The notes under the pieces were generated by a model. That model saw only the letters and a program-made list of their open reading frames with translations. It searched no databases and was not told where the DNA came from. A program made the position numbers and the translations under genes. A stretch of 64,000 bases of DNA from the NCBI GenBank assembly GCA_947504155.1, contig CANNGF010000004.1:4081-68080 (forward strand), written 5' to 3'. Below, piece by piece: positions 48,872 to 58,630 of the stretch (within the stretch, counting starts at the first letter, position 1; each line of letters opens with the position of its first letter). Source of the stretch: an uncultured Erythrobacter sp. GTDB taxonomy: Bacteria > Pseudomonadota > Alphaproteobacteria > Sphingomonadales > Sphingomonadaceae.

Positions 48872-49270
48872 TCAACTGTCGCGCGACACAAACGACCCAC
48901 GGCGGCCCCGCTTGGCGACGGGAATATTATCGAACTTTGCCACCGGGCCGGATTCGACTTCTACCACATCACAGGTCTCTTCAACGACCGATGCCGGTAT
49001 CGGGCGTTCGAAAAGAAATCCGCAACTGCTATCGCGCGTCCATACGATCTTGCCGAAGAATTCGTGCTCACCCCACGACAACAAGCCTGAAACGCCCTGT
49101 TGCGGCGGATTGGCCGTCTCGAACCGCGCACCGGTTTGTGAAAGATCCGACAGGCGTCCGTCCCGGTTGCCGCCAGGCATTTTGAGCCGACTGGTACAGT
49201 CGACAGAATAGCGCTGTACGGTCCTGCGCTCCTCGGATTTCTGCCCAGATTTTTTCTGGAAAAGTGCCAC
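48872..49270 (-). CDS. PilZ domain protein
   Basis: RxxxR (RTVQR) and DxSxxG (DLSQTG) c-di-GMP motifs. Confidence 0.8.
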   Translation of the reverse strand: MALFQKKSGQKSEERRTVQRYSVDCTSRLKMPGGNRDGRLSDLSQTGARFETANPPQQGVSGLLSWGEHEFFGKIVWTRDSSCGFLFERPIPASVVEETCDVVEVESGPVAKFDNIPVAKRGRRGSFVSRDS

Positions 49271-49552
49271 TCGGCAAGTCCCTCTTGTTAATCGATTTTT
49301 ACACGAACCTGGTTAATTTTAGGTTATCATGCTTGGCGCTCCAATAATGATAACTCCAGAATATCGTCATCCGTTTCCCGGTTGAGTGAATAAGGCCGCA
49401 GCGGATCCCCTTCGTATTCGAGGAGTGAGGCCGCGGACCTTCGGCTACACCTCGCTCCATACAACTCCGATGGGCGTAGCGAGCATGAACCTCACATGCC
49501 CACTTCTCGCAAACAAACCAATTACCTTTTGTTATTGGCGAATCCTGGTTCG

Positions 49553-49567
49553 GAACATATATGGAAC
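49553..49567 (+). promoter_or_regulatory. Second alphaproteobacterial LexA (SOS) box
   Basis: GAAC-ATATATG-GAAC immediately before the radical SAM start codon. Confidence 0.88.
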
Positions 49568-49569
49568 AT

Positions 49570-50811
49570 ATGGCTCTGCAAACCGTCCTTCAAAAACTCG
49601 AGATCCTCGCCGACGCAGCGAAGTACGATGCTTCCTGCGCGTCCTCCGGTACGGCGAAGAAGAACAGTCTGGGCGGCAAGGGCATTGGATCGACTGAAGG
49701 GATGGGAATCTGCCATGCCTATGCGCCAGATGGACGCTGCATCTCGCTGCTCAAGATTTTACTGACCAACCACTGTGTGTTTGATTGTCATTATTGTGTG
49801 AATCGTAAGAGCTCGAACGTGGCTCGCGCGCGTTTCACACCGCAAGAAGTGGTCGATCTCACGCTCGCTTTCTACCGGCGCAATTATATCGAAGGGCTGT
49901 TCCTTTCCTCGGGTATTGTGAAGAATTCCAACCACACGATGGAGCAGATCGTGGAGGTTGCCCGGATTTTGCGCGAAGAACATGATTTTCGCGGCTACAT
50001 TCACTTGAAGACCATCCCGGAAGCAGATGCAGAAATCGTCCATCAGGCGGGGCTTTATGCTGATCGGGTCTCCATCAATGTCGAACTGCCGACTGACAGC
50101 GGCCTAACACGTCTCGCGCCGGACAAGGATGCGCGCCAGATCGAAGGCGCGATGGGCAAGGTGAAAGAGGATCTGGTGGAGGCCAAGGATGCCCGCAAGC
50201 GGTTCAGGCATGCCCCCCGCTTTGCGCCCGCCGGCCAGTCTACGCAAATGATCGTGGGGGCCGATGCAGCCACTGACGCAGATATTGTGGGCAAGGCAAG
50301 CCGGCTTTACGATAATTTCCGCCTGCGCCGTGTCTATTACAGCGCGTTCTCGCCAATCCCAGATGCGAGCGCGGTGCTGCCGCTGAAGCGTCCACCTTTG
50401 ATCCGCGAGCACAGGCTTTACCAATCTGACTGGTTGATGCGCTTTTACGGTTACAAGCCTTCGGACGTCATGCATGCGACAGAAGCAGACGGGAATTTGC
50501 CGCTTGATATCGATCCCAAACTTGCTTGGGCTTTGAAGTTTCGTGAAGCCTTTCCAGTTGATGTGAACCGCGCGACCAAGGAGCAATTGCTGCGTGTGCC
50601 GGGCTTAGGCGTGAAGGCGGTTGGCAAGATCTTGGCAAGTCGCCGTCATCGCGGCCTACGGTTGGACGATGTGTCGCTGCTTACCCAGTCCATCACCAAG
50701 GTTCGACCTTTCATCTGTACTATCGACTGGCGGCCGATCACTCTCACCGATCGCGCCGACCTGCGCAGCCTGCTCGCCCCGAAAACCGAGCAGCTGGAGC
50801 TGTTCGTGTGA
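49570..50811 (+). CDS. Putative DNA modification/repair radical SAM protein (TIGR03916-like)
   Basis: DAAKYDASC; CxxxCxxC (CVFDCHYC); YIEGLFLSSG; C-terminal HhH LLRVPGLG. The track start is 49561. Confidence 0.9.
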   Translation: MALQTVLQKLEILADAAKYDASCASSGTAKKNSLGGKGIGSTEGMGICHAYAPDGRCISLLKILLTNHCVFDCHYCVNRKSSNVARARFTPQEVVDLTLAFYRRNYIEGLFLSSGIVKNSNHTMEQIVEVARILREEHDFRGYIHLKTIPEADAEIVHQAGLYADRVSINVELPTDSGLTRLAPDKDARQIEGAMGKVKEDLVEAKDARKRFRHAPRFAPAGQSTQMIVGADAATDADIVGKASRLYDNFRLRRVYYSAFSPIPDASAVLPLKRPPLIREHRLYQSDWLMRFYGYKPSDVMHATEADGNLPLDIDPKLAWALKFREAFPVDVNRATKEQLLRVPGLGVKAVGKILASRRHRGLRLDDVSLLTQSITKVRPFICTIDWRPITLTDRADLRSLLAPKTEQLELFV

Positions 50812-52262
50812 CTGCGCTTCAACACGTCAAACTCGGCACCTACTACGTTGTCCAACTGCCTGATGCGGATGATTTCGATTTCTGGCGCGAGTGGGCGCGG
50901 GCCTTCGTCCAATGCGATGTGCCACCGGACCGTATCGCATGGGTCGAACCCGGCGGTAGCGGGGACCTCTTCGCCCATGGAGAACGGCGTATGCCTGTCC
51001 CTCCTAAGGGAGCGAGGCCGGTACAGGCCAACCGACGCTTTGTACAACTTGCGCGTAATGCCATCCTTCATTCGGACCCTGAACGGTTTGCGCTGCTCTA
51101 CCGCCTGCTCTGGAGGCTACAAGGCAAGCCGCGGATGATGGAAGACAAGGCTGATCCAGATGTCAGAAAGCTGGAGGAACTCGACAAGAACGTGAGGCGT
51201 GACAGCCACAAGATGCATGCTTTTGTGCGCTTTCGGCTGGTCGAAAACCCCGATCATTCCGGTGGCGAAGATGGCGAGGGAGGTGAGCATTACGTTGCCT
51301 GGTTCGAGCCGGAGCATCATATTCTCCGGGCCAATGCAGGGTTCTTCATGCGGCGTTTTTCGAACATGCGCTGGTCGATCCTGACGCCGCGCGGCTCGCT
51401 TCACTGGGATGGCGAAACTATGGCGGAGGGGCCGCCAGCTGAACGTCACGACGCGCCTCAGGGCGATCCGATGGAGGATCTCTGGCGCACCTACTACGCT
51501 TCGATCTTCAATCCGGCGCGGCTGAAGATTGGCGCCATGCTCAAGGAGATGCCGAAAAAATACTGGAAAAACATGCCCGAAGCCACGCTCATTCCCGAGT
51601 TAGTGGCGGGCGCGCAGAAGCGGGAAAGTGCTATGGTCGAAAAGGGAACGCTGGAATTCGAAGAGCGGCCCGATACACTGGCAGCGATCGACAAGGCAAT
51701 TCACGCCTGCCGTAAATGCCCGATCGGCAGCCTCGATAATCAAGCTGTTATGGGCGAGGGACCGCAGGATGCTGCGCTGATGATCGTGGGCGAACAGCCG
51801 GGCGATCAGGAGGATTTGGCTGGCCGTCCCTTTGTCGGACCGGCCGGAAAACTGCTCGAACACCATCTTGATCGGGCCGGTATCGACCGGAAAGCGGCCT
51901 ATGTCACGAATACCGTGAAGCATTTCAAATATGTCCAGCGCGGCAAGCGGCGGCTGCACCAAAATCCCGGTGCAAAGGAAATCGATACCTGCCGCTGGTG
52001 GATCGAGAGCGAGCGCGCGATCGTCCAGCCCAAGCTGATACTCGCCATGGGGGCGAGCGCGGCGCGCGGCATGCTGGGAAAGACAGTGAGCATCTCCAAG
52101 GCTCGGGGCACGCCCATTCCGCTGGAAGACGGCAGCGAGCTGTGGATCACCTCCCACCCGTCCTATCTCCTTCGCCTTGATGGTCCCGCGCGCGAGGAGC
52201 AGGAGCGGCTGTTCGATGCCGATCTCGCCGCAGTGAAGGAGCGGCTCGAGGAGTTGGCGTAA
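50808..52262 (+). CDS. DUF4130 (TIGR03915-like) - UdgX family uracil-DNA binding protein fusion
   Basis: HKMHAFVRF, WFEPEH, W..YY.SIFNPAR (DUF4130); CRKC, GEQPGD, PFVGPAG, TN.VKH and R-loop KRRLH (UdgX); GTGA overlap with the upstream gene. Confidence 0.88.
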   Translation: MTALQHVKLGTYYVVQLPDADDFDFWREWARAFVQCDVPPDRIAWVEPGGSGDLFAHGERRMPVPPKGARPVQANRRFVQLARNAILHSDPERFALLYRLLWRLQGKPRMMEDKADPDVRKLEELDKNVRRDSHKMHAFVRFRLVENPDHSGGEDGEGGEHYVAWFEPEHHILRANAGFFMRRFSNMRWSILTPRGSLHWDGETMAEGPPAERHDAPQGDPMEDLWRTYYASIFNPARLKIGAMLKEMPKKYWKNMPEATLIPELVAGAQKRESAMVEKGTLEFEERPDTLAAIDKAIHACRKCPIGSLDNQAVMGEGPQDAALMIVGEQPGDQEDLAGRPFVGPAGKLLEHHLDRAGIDRKAAYVTNTVKHFKYVQRGKRRLHQNPGAKEIDTCRWWIESERAIVQPKLILAMGASAARGMLGKTVSISKARGTPIPLEDGSELWITSHPSYLLRLDGPAREEQERLFDADLAAVKERLEELA

Positions 52263-52283
52263 TGACTTTTCAAAGCTGGTGTC

Positions 52284-55200
52284 ATGCCCGAGAATGACCA
52301 GCAGATACCCAAGCGCACTATCGACCTTGATCCCGATGAAATAGACGCACCAGCGCGCGCGCCGTTCGTCGAACTCGGTCTCGTCTCGTGTTTCAGCTTC
52401 CTGCGCGGAGCGAGCGATGCGGTAGACCTGGTAATGGAGGCGCGCAGGCTGGGGTATGACGCGATCGGGATCGCCGATGCCAACAGCATGGCGGGCGTGG
52501 TGCGGGTGCACACAGAAGCGAAAACGCTCAAGCTCAAGCCTTGTATCGGTTGCCGGATCGAAACGGTCGAGGGGCTGGCTTTCCTCGCCTATCCCAAAAA
52601 CCGTGAGGCCTATGGTCGTTTGTGCCGCCTGATTTCCGCGGGCCGGATGCGCACGCTCGACAACGAGTGGCAGGAGAAGGGCGTGTGCGATATCTCGTTA
52701 GCGATGCTGGCCGGGCACAGCAAAGACGTGCAACTGATTCTAATTCCGCCACCCGATCTGGCATGCGAGTTCACCGTTCCAGCCTGGGCCACGCCAGACG
52801 GCACAGCGGAAAGCGAACAGAGAGAAATGGCGGTCACGGCACCCTTTGTGGAAATCGTGCCGCATCTTGTCGCCGGACTACCGGCGCTACGCCATATCGC
52901 TGCGACTTTCTTTTACGCTGGGAACGACCTCGCCCGGATTGCCCGGCTCGACGCGCTGGCCAAGGATCATGATCTTTCCATCCTCGCCACCAATGATGTG
53001 CAGTATCACGCGCCGGAGCGCCGGCCGCTACAGGACGTAATGACCGCGATCCGCCATAAGACTACTGTGGCGCGGGCGGGCTATCTGCTTCAGAGTAATG
53101 CCGAGCGATATCTGAAGCCGCCAGAGACCATGTGCCATCTGTTCGAACCATGGCCCCATGCGATCGAAGCCGCGCGCGCCGTGGCCGACGCCTGTGATTT
53201 CAGCCTCGATCAGCTGCAATATGAGTATCCCGAAGAACTGTATCCCGGCGGCGCCGAACCGCAGGATTATCTCGAAAAAGAGACCTGGAAGGGAGCTGGC
53301 TGGCGCTATCCCGACGGGGTGCCGGATGGAGTGACCGAAACGCTGCGCAAAGAACTGGCGCTGATCGGCAAGATGGAGCTTGCGCGCTATTTCCTGACCA
53401 TCAAGGACATTGTCGATTTCGCGCGCAACAAGGTCGATCCGCCGATCCTGTGCCAGGGGCGCGGCAGTGCGGCCAACTCTGCGGTATGCTATTGTCTCGG
53501 CATCACCAATGTCGATCCTTCGAAGCACCAGCTTTTGTTCGACCGCTTCATCTCCGAGGATCGCAAGGAGCCGCCCGATATCGATGTCGATTTCGAGCAT
53601 GAGCGGCGCGAGGAGGTGATCCAGTACCTCTATCGCAAATATGGCCGTCACCGGGCAGGGCTGTGCGCCACAGTGATTCACTATCGTCCGCGCATGGCCA
53701 TCCGCGAAGTGGGTAAGGCCATGGGATTGAGCGAAGACGTCACCTCAGCGCTCGCCAAGACGGTATGGGGCGGGTGGGGCCGCGAGATTAGCGAGAAACA
53801 TGCCGCGGAAACTGGCATGAATGTGAAAGATCCGCATCTGAGGCGGGTTCTTAAGCTGACCGAGCAAATGATTGGAATGCCGAGGCATCTGTCACAACAC
53901 GTAGGCGGTTTCATTTTAACCGAAAATGCGCTGACCGAAACGGTACCGGTGGGCAACGGTGCCATGCCCGACCGCAGTTTCATCGAATGGGACAAGGACG
54001 ATATCGAAGCACTGGGCATCCTCAAGGTCGATGTTCTGGCGCTGGGAATGCTGAGTTGCATCAGGAAATGCCTCGACCTGATTGACGATCATCACAGCCG
54101 GACTCTCACTCTGGCAACCGTCCCGCGTGAAGATCCCGACACTTACGCCATGCTGCGCAAGGGGGATTCGCTCGGCGTATTCCAGGTCGAAAGCCGCGCG
54201 CAGATGAACATGCTGCCAAGGTTGCGTCCGCGCGAATTCTACGATCTCGTGATTCAGGTCGCTATCGTTCGGCCCGGCCCGATCCAGGGCGACATGGTCC
54301 ATCCCTATCTTAAACGAAGGCGCGGGGCCGAGAAGGTGGAGATACCCGCACCAAGTCCGCATCACGGCCCACCTGACGAATTGTCGAGCATTCTCGAACG
54401 TACGTTGGGCGTACCGATCTTCCAGGAGCAGGCCATGAAGATTGCGCTCGATGCGGCCAAGTTCTCGTCCAAGGAAGCGAACCGGTTGCGCAAGGCCATG
54501 GCGACCTTCCGCAGCCGCGGCATGGTGGACGAATTGCAGGACATGATGGTCGAACGCATGGTCGACCGCGGCTACGACCGCGAGTTCGCGCAGCGCTGTT
54601 TCAACCAGATCCGCGGCTTTGGTGAATATGGCTTTCCCGAAAGCCACGCGGCAAGCTTTGCGCACCTCGTCTATGTGTCGAGCTGGCTCAAATGCCATTT
54701 CCCTGCCGCCTTTGGCTGTGCGCTGCTCAACTCGCAACCGATGGGCTTTTACGCCCCGGCGCAGATCGTGCGCGATGCGGCGGAACACGGGGTGCGGGTG
54801 CTGCCTGCGGATGTGAACCATTCGCAATGGGATTGTACTCTGGAAAGGGTGGAGTCTTCCGCCCCAAAGGAGCAAGGCCGCTTCGACAATGGCTTCGCCT
54901 TGCGGCTTGGCTTGCGACAGATCGACGGTCTGCCCGAAGCGGTCGCGGCACAGCTGGTATCCGAGCGTGAGGAGAGCGGCATCTACGAGGACGTACGGGC
55001 CTTGCGCGATCGGGCGCGGATCGGGCCATCGCACGTCGAACGGCTCGCCAGTGCCGACGGCTTCGGGTCGATGAACCTGTCGCGCAGGCAGGCGTTGTGG
55101 GATGCAAGAAGCCTCATCGGTGGGCCGGACCTGCCGCTCTTCGCTGCTGCTGCCGCGCGTGATGAAGGTGCCGAAAAGCATCCCACGCGCTTGCCACAGA

Positions 55201-55814
55201 TGCCGCTGTCCGAGGAAGTAGTCGCCGATTACCAGACCACGCGTCTCAGTCTCAAGGCACACCCGATGGCTTTCTTACGTGCCAGCCTGGCTGATCGCGG
55301 GTTCGTGCGTGCCTGCGACCTTCGTGAGAAGAAATTTCGCAGCATGGTCCATGTTGCAGGCGTAGTGCTGATCCGCCAGCGACCGGGCAGTGCGAAAGGC
55401 GTATGCTTCATCACGCTGGAGGACGAGACGGGCGTCATCAACCTTGTGATCTGGCCGGACCTGAAAGAAAGGCAGCGGCGCGTGGTGATGGGGGCAAGGC
55501 TGATGGAAGTGAGAGGCCGCGTGGAGTATGACGACGAAGTAATCCATGTGATCGCGCAGCACATGACCGATGCGACAACCGATCTTCACAAGCTTTCCGA
55601 TGATATGCTCAACGCCCCGCTTGCGCGTGCCGATCACGTGGCATCGCCCCTGCCGGACAAGTTCAATCCACGGGACAATCTACGGGAAGGCAATGAGGAT
55701 CCCTATCAGCCTGTGGAACCATGGCAGGAGCCTCCGCCAGGCAACCGCGAATGCGGATGGCAGGGACACCCGCGTGATGTGCGCATCATTCCGAAATCGC
55801 GCGACTTTCATTAA
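52284..55814 (+). CDS. dnaE2: Error-prone DNA polymerase DnaE2 (ImuC)
   Basis: PHP domain SCFSFLRGAS, GRGSAANS, PPDIDVDF, GFPESHA and an OB fold. Confidence 0.95.
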   Translation: MPENDQQIPKRTIDLDPDEIDAPARAPFVELGLVSCFSFLRGASDAVDLVMEARRLGYDAIGIADANSMAGVVRVHTEAKTLKLKPCIGCRIETVEGLAFLAYPKNREAYGRLCRLISAGRMRTLDNEWQEKGVCDISLAMLAGHSKDVQLILIPPPDLACEFTVPAWATPDGTAESEQREMAVTAPFVEIVPHLVAGLPALRHIAATFFYAGNDLARIARLDALAKDHDLSILATNDVQYHAPERRPLQDVMTAIRHKTTVARAGYLLQSNAERYLKPPETMCHLFEPWPHAIEAARAVADACDFSLDQLQYEYPEELYPGGAEPQDYLEKETWKGAGWRYPDGVPDGVTETLRKELALIGKMELARYFLTIKDIVDFARNKVDPPILCQGRGSAANSAVCYCLGITNVDPSKHQLLFDRFISEDRKEPPDIDVDFEHERREEVIQYLYRKYGRHRAGLCATVIHYRPRMAIREVGKAMGLSEDVTSALAKTVWGGWGREISEKHAAETGMNVKDPHLRRVLKLTEQMIGMPRHLSQHVGGFILTENALTETVPVGNGAMPDRSFIEWDKDDIEALGILKVDVLALGMLSCIRKCLDLIDDHHSRTLTLATVPREDPDTYAMLRKGDSLGVFQVESRAQMNMLPRLRPREFYDLVIQVAIVRPGPIQGDMVHPYLKRRRGAEKVEIPAPSPHHGPPDELSSILERTLGVPIFQEQAMKIALDAAKFSSKEANRLRKAMATFRSRGMVDELQDMMVERMVDRGYDREFAQRCFNQIRGFGEYGFPESHAASFAHLVYVSSWLKCHFPAAFGCALLNSQPMGFYAPAQIVRDAAEHGVRVLPADVNHSQWDCTLERVESSAPKEQGRFDNGFALRLGLRQIDGLPEAVAAQLVSEREESGIYEDVRALRDRARIGPSHVERLASADGFGSMNLSRRQALWDARSLIGGPDLPLFAAAAARDEGAEKHPTRLPQMPLSEEVVADYQTTRLSLKAHPMAFLRASLADRGFVRACDLREKKFRSMVHVAGVVLIRQRPGSAKGVCFITLEDETGVINLVIWPDLKERQRRVVMGARLMEVRGRVEYDDEVIHVIAQHMTDATTDLHKLSDDMLNAPLARADHVASPLPDKFNPRDNLREGNEDPYQPVEPWQEPPPGNRECGWQGHPRDVRIIPKSRDFH

Positions 55815-55837
55815 GCGCCGCGCTAGTCGCCACTCGC

Positions 55838-56473
55838 ATGTTCGACGCTGAGCGCTTGCTGGCATTTGCCCTGATCACCGCCACTACCAGCATCGTGCCA
55901 GGCCCTTCGATGATGTTCGTCATGGGCCAGGCGATTTGGCGCGGGCCTCGGTCGGGGTGGGCGGCCCTGTCGGGCATGCAGATCGGCTATATCGTATGGT
56001 GGGTGGCTGCGGCGTTCGGCCTTGGTACGCTGGCCCGGGCCTATCCGCTGGCATTCCGTCTGCTGGCGATCGCTGGCGTGGTCTACCTCGCATGGCTTGG
56101 TGTGAGAGCCATCTGGCATTCCTTTCATGCGAGCGAAGAAGGCACCGAACCAGCCCGCAGGCCGTCTACCCATGCATTTCGCGATGGAATTGCAGTGGCG
56201 ATCGGCAATCCCAAGTCGCTGGTCTACATGGTCGCGATCATTCCGCCCTTCGTGGATCCCGAATTGCCCGTGGGGTGGCAGATCGTCACGTTGGCACTGA
56301 TCGCGCTCGTGCTCGATCTGATCGTAGGCTGGATGTATATTTCCGCAGGAAAGCGACTGGCCCGCACGATGGAGCGGGCCGCAACGCGGCGCTGGATCGA
56401 TCGTGGCATCGGCTGCGTATTCATGCTGATAGCCTTGGCCATCGCGGTCGATCTTTACGGTACACAGCTTTGA
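55838..56473 (+). CDS. LysE family translocator
   Basis: PGP.M, GNPK motifs; six TM segments. Confidence 0.88.
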   Translation: MFDAERLLAFALITATTSIVPGPSMMFVMGQAIWRGPRSGWAALSGMQIGYIVWWVAAAFGLGTLARAYPLAFRLLAIAGVVYLAWLGVRAIWHSFHASEEGTEPARRPSTHAFRDGIAVAIGNPKSLVYMVAIIPPFVDPELPVGWQIVTLALIALVLDLIVGWMYISAGKRLARTMERAATRRWIDRGIGCVFMLIALAIAVDLYGTQL

Positions 56474-57195
56474 ACCACACCCTCTCGCGTCATATCGGGA
56501 AATTCCTGTTCGACAGGCGCGTGCTGATGCTGCTCGTATTAGCAAGTCTGTTCGTCGCGGGTCGCGCGTGGCTGGCTGAGCACCCGGAGCACAATCCATG
56601 GGCGCCGCTCTCGCTGGATGATCCCAAAGGCTGGGCGACCCAGCAGAAATTGCTCGCCCTGCGCGATGACGTCCTCGCCTGCCGTGCGGTTCTGGAGCGT
56701 AGCGATGTAGAGTTCGACGTGCTTGACCCGGCGGGGGACGGGGAATGCCGACGCGAAGACCGGACACAGCTGTCAAACTATCCCCTGAGCCCCGATGCGC
56801 CGGCGACGACCTGTCCGGTCGCCCTAGCCATGGAACTATGGAAGCGTGACACACTTGATCCCAAAGCCGAGGAAATTTTTGGCAGTGGCATCGCGCGGAT
56901 CGAACATCTCGGTGCCTATTCGTGCCGCCGGATATACGGCCGCGATGAAGGCGCATGGAGCGAGCATGCGACCGCAAACGCGCTAGACATTACAGGCTTC
57001 GTCCTGAATGACGGCACGCGGATCAGCGTACTGGGTGATTGGGGAGGCGAGGGCGACAAGCCACGTTTTCTGCACGAAATCCGAGATGGGGCGTGCAGCG
57101 CGTTCTCCACAGTGCTTTCACCTGACTACAATAGCGCCCACGCTGATCATTTTCATCTCGACATGGATAGCCGCTGGACCAGCGTCTGCCGCTGA
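56470..57195 (+). CDS. Extensin-like C-terminal domain protein
   Basis: YSCR, SEHATANALDI, DYNSAHADHFHLD motifs; probable TTG start overlapping the LysE stop. Confidence 0.8.
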   Translation: MNHTLSRHIGKFLFDRRVLMLLVLASLFVAGRAWLAEHPEHNPWAPLSLDDPKGWATQQKLLALRDDVLACRAVLERSDVEFDVLDPAGDGECRREDRTQLSNYPLSPDAPATTCPVALAMELWKRDTLDPKAEEIFGSGIARIEHLGAYSCRRIYGRDEGAWSEHATANALDITGFVLNDGTRISVLGDWGGEGDKPRFLHEIRDGACSAFSTVLSPDYNSAHADHFHLDMDSRWTSVCR

Positions 57196-57885
57196 TCAGG
57201 CCGCTTCGAGTGAATATCCAGCGCTGCGGACCGTGCGAACCGGATCCTTCGCCCCTTCGATTTCCAGCGCCTTGCGGAGCCGGCGAATATGCACGTCGAC
57301 GGTGCGCAGTTCGATATCGCTTTCCGTGCCCCATACGCCGTCCAGCAACTGGTTGCGACTGAACACCCGGCCAGGGCTTTCCATGAAGAATTTGAGCAGG
57401 CGGTATTCGGTCGGCCCCAGCTTGAGAGCCGTGCCCCTCCGCATCACCTTATGGGCAACGGGATCAAGCGTTAGATCGCCCACCTCGATAGATTCGCCAG
57501 CCAGAACTGGGCGGATGCGGCGCATTACCGCTGCAACACGGGCTAGAAGCTCGCGCGGTGAGAAGGGTTTGGTGAGGTAATCGTCAGCGCCTGTTTCGAG
57601 GCCACGGATACGGTCGTCTTCGGCTTCGCGCGCCGTTAGCATGATGATCGGCACATGGGCTGTTGTCTTGTCGCGCCGCAGGCGACGGCAGACCTCAATC
57701 CCGCTGGTGCCTTCGATCATCCAGTCCAGAATGACGAGATCGGGCACGTCTTCGGATGCTAGTAGCAGAGCATCGTCACCGTCCGCAGTGGTGCGGACAT
57801 CGTAGCCTTCGTTGGAGAATCGGTATTCGAGTAGTTCGGAGAGAGCGGGGTCGTCCTCTACCAGCAATAACTTACCTGCCTTCAC
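57196..57885 (-). CDS. phoB: Phosphate regulon response regulator PhoB
   Basis: LDWMI, GADDYLTKPFS and RTVDVHIRRLR motifs; probable GTG start at 57885 (alternative 57915). Confidence 0.95.
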   Translation of the reverse strand: MKAGKLLLVEDDPALSELLEYRFSNEGYDVRTTADGDDALLLASEDVPDLVILDWMIEGTSGIEVCRRLRRDKTTAHVPIIMLTAREAEDDRIRGLETGADDYLTKPFSPRELLARVAAVMRRIRPVLAGESIEVGDLTLDPVAHKVMRRGTALKLGPTEYRLLKFFMESPGRVFSRNQLLDGVWGTESDIELRTVDVHIRRLRKALEIEGAKDPVRTVRSAGYSLEAA

Positions 57886-57946
57886 CTTGGCGCCTTCCTG
57901 CAGTTTCTTTGTCACGGCAGTATGACCCTCAAGCTACAGAATTGTG

Positions 57947-58618
57947 TCAACCGTCCTCATCTACGGGATAGGTTCCGGTTGCAGCGAAATGCACCATTTC
58001 CGCCACATTGGTCGCATGGTCGCCGATCCGCTCCAGATTGCGGGCAACGAACAGCAATTGTGCCGCGCTCGAGATCGTAGCCGGATTTTCAACCATATGA
58101 CTGACGAGGTTGCGGAAGATCGAATTGTAGAAGGCATCTACCTTTTCATCGGCAGCAATGACTTCGCGTGCCAATTCCGCATCGCGCGCGGCATAAGCGG
58201 TCAGGACATCATGCACCATCTCGCTCGCCACCTCGGCCATTGCGGGGAGGAGCGTCAGCGGTTCGAACTGTTTGCGGTGATCGCCGATCTCTCGGCTCGC
58301 TTTGGCGATGTTCTTCGAATAATCGCCGATACGTTCAACAACACCGGCAATCTTCAGGGCAGCGATCACTTCTCGCAGATCGTCTGCCATAGGAGCGCGC
58401 AGCGCGATGATTCGCACGGAAAGCTTGTCGATCTCGCTTTCGAGAGCGTCAATCTTCTTGTCACCTTTAACGACCTTCTTGGCGAGCTCGTCATCTCCCT
58501 GAACCAGCGCGTCGAGCGCTTCCTGAATGGCGACCTCGGCAAGACCACCCATCTCCGCGATCAGCCCGCGCAGGCGGGTAATATCTTCGTCAAAGGCCTT
58601 TACTGTGTGTTCTTGCAT
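57947..58618 (-). CDS. phoU: Phosphate signalling protein PhoU
   Basis: EHTVKAFDE, ERIGDY and ERIGDHATN motifs. Confidence 0.95.
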   Translation of the reverse strand: MQEHTVKAFDEDITRLRGLIAEMGGLAEVAIQEALDALVQGDDELAKKVVKGDKKIDALESEIDKLSVRIIALRAPMADDLREVIAALKIAGVVERIGDYSKNIAKASREIGDHRKQFEPLTLLPAMAEVASEMVHDVLTAYAARDAELAREVIAADEKVDAFYNSIFRNLVSHMVENPATISSAAQLLFVARNLERIGDHATNVAEMVHFAATGTYPVDEDG

Positions 58619-58630
58619 TCTCTTGGAGCC

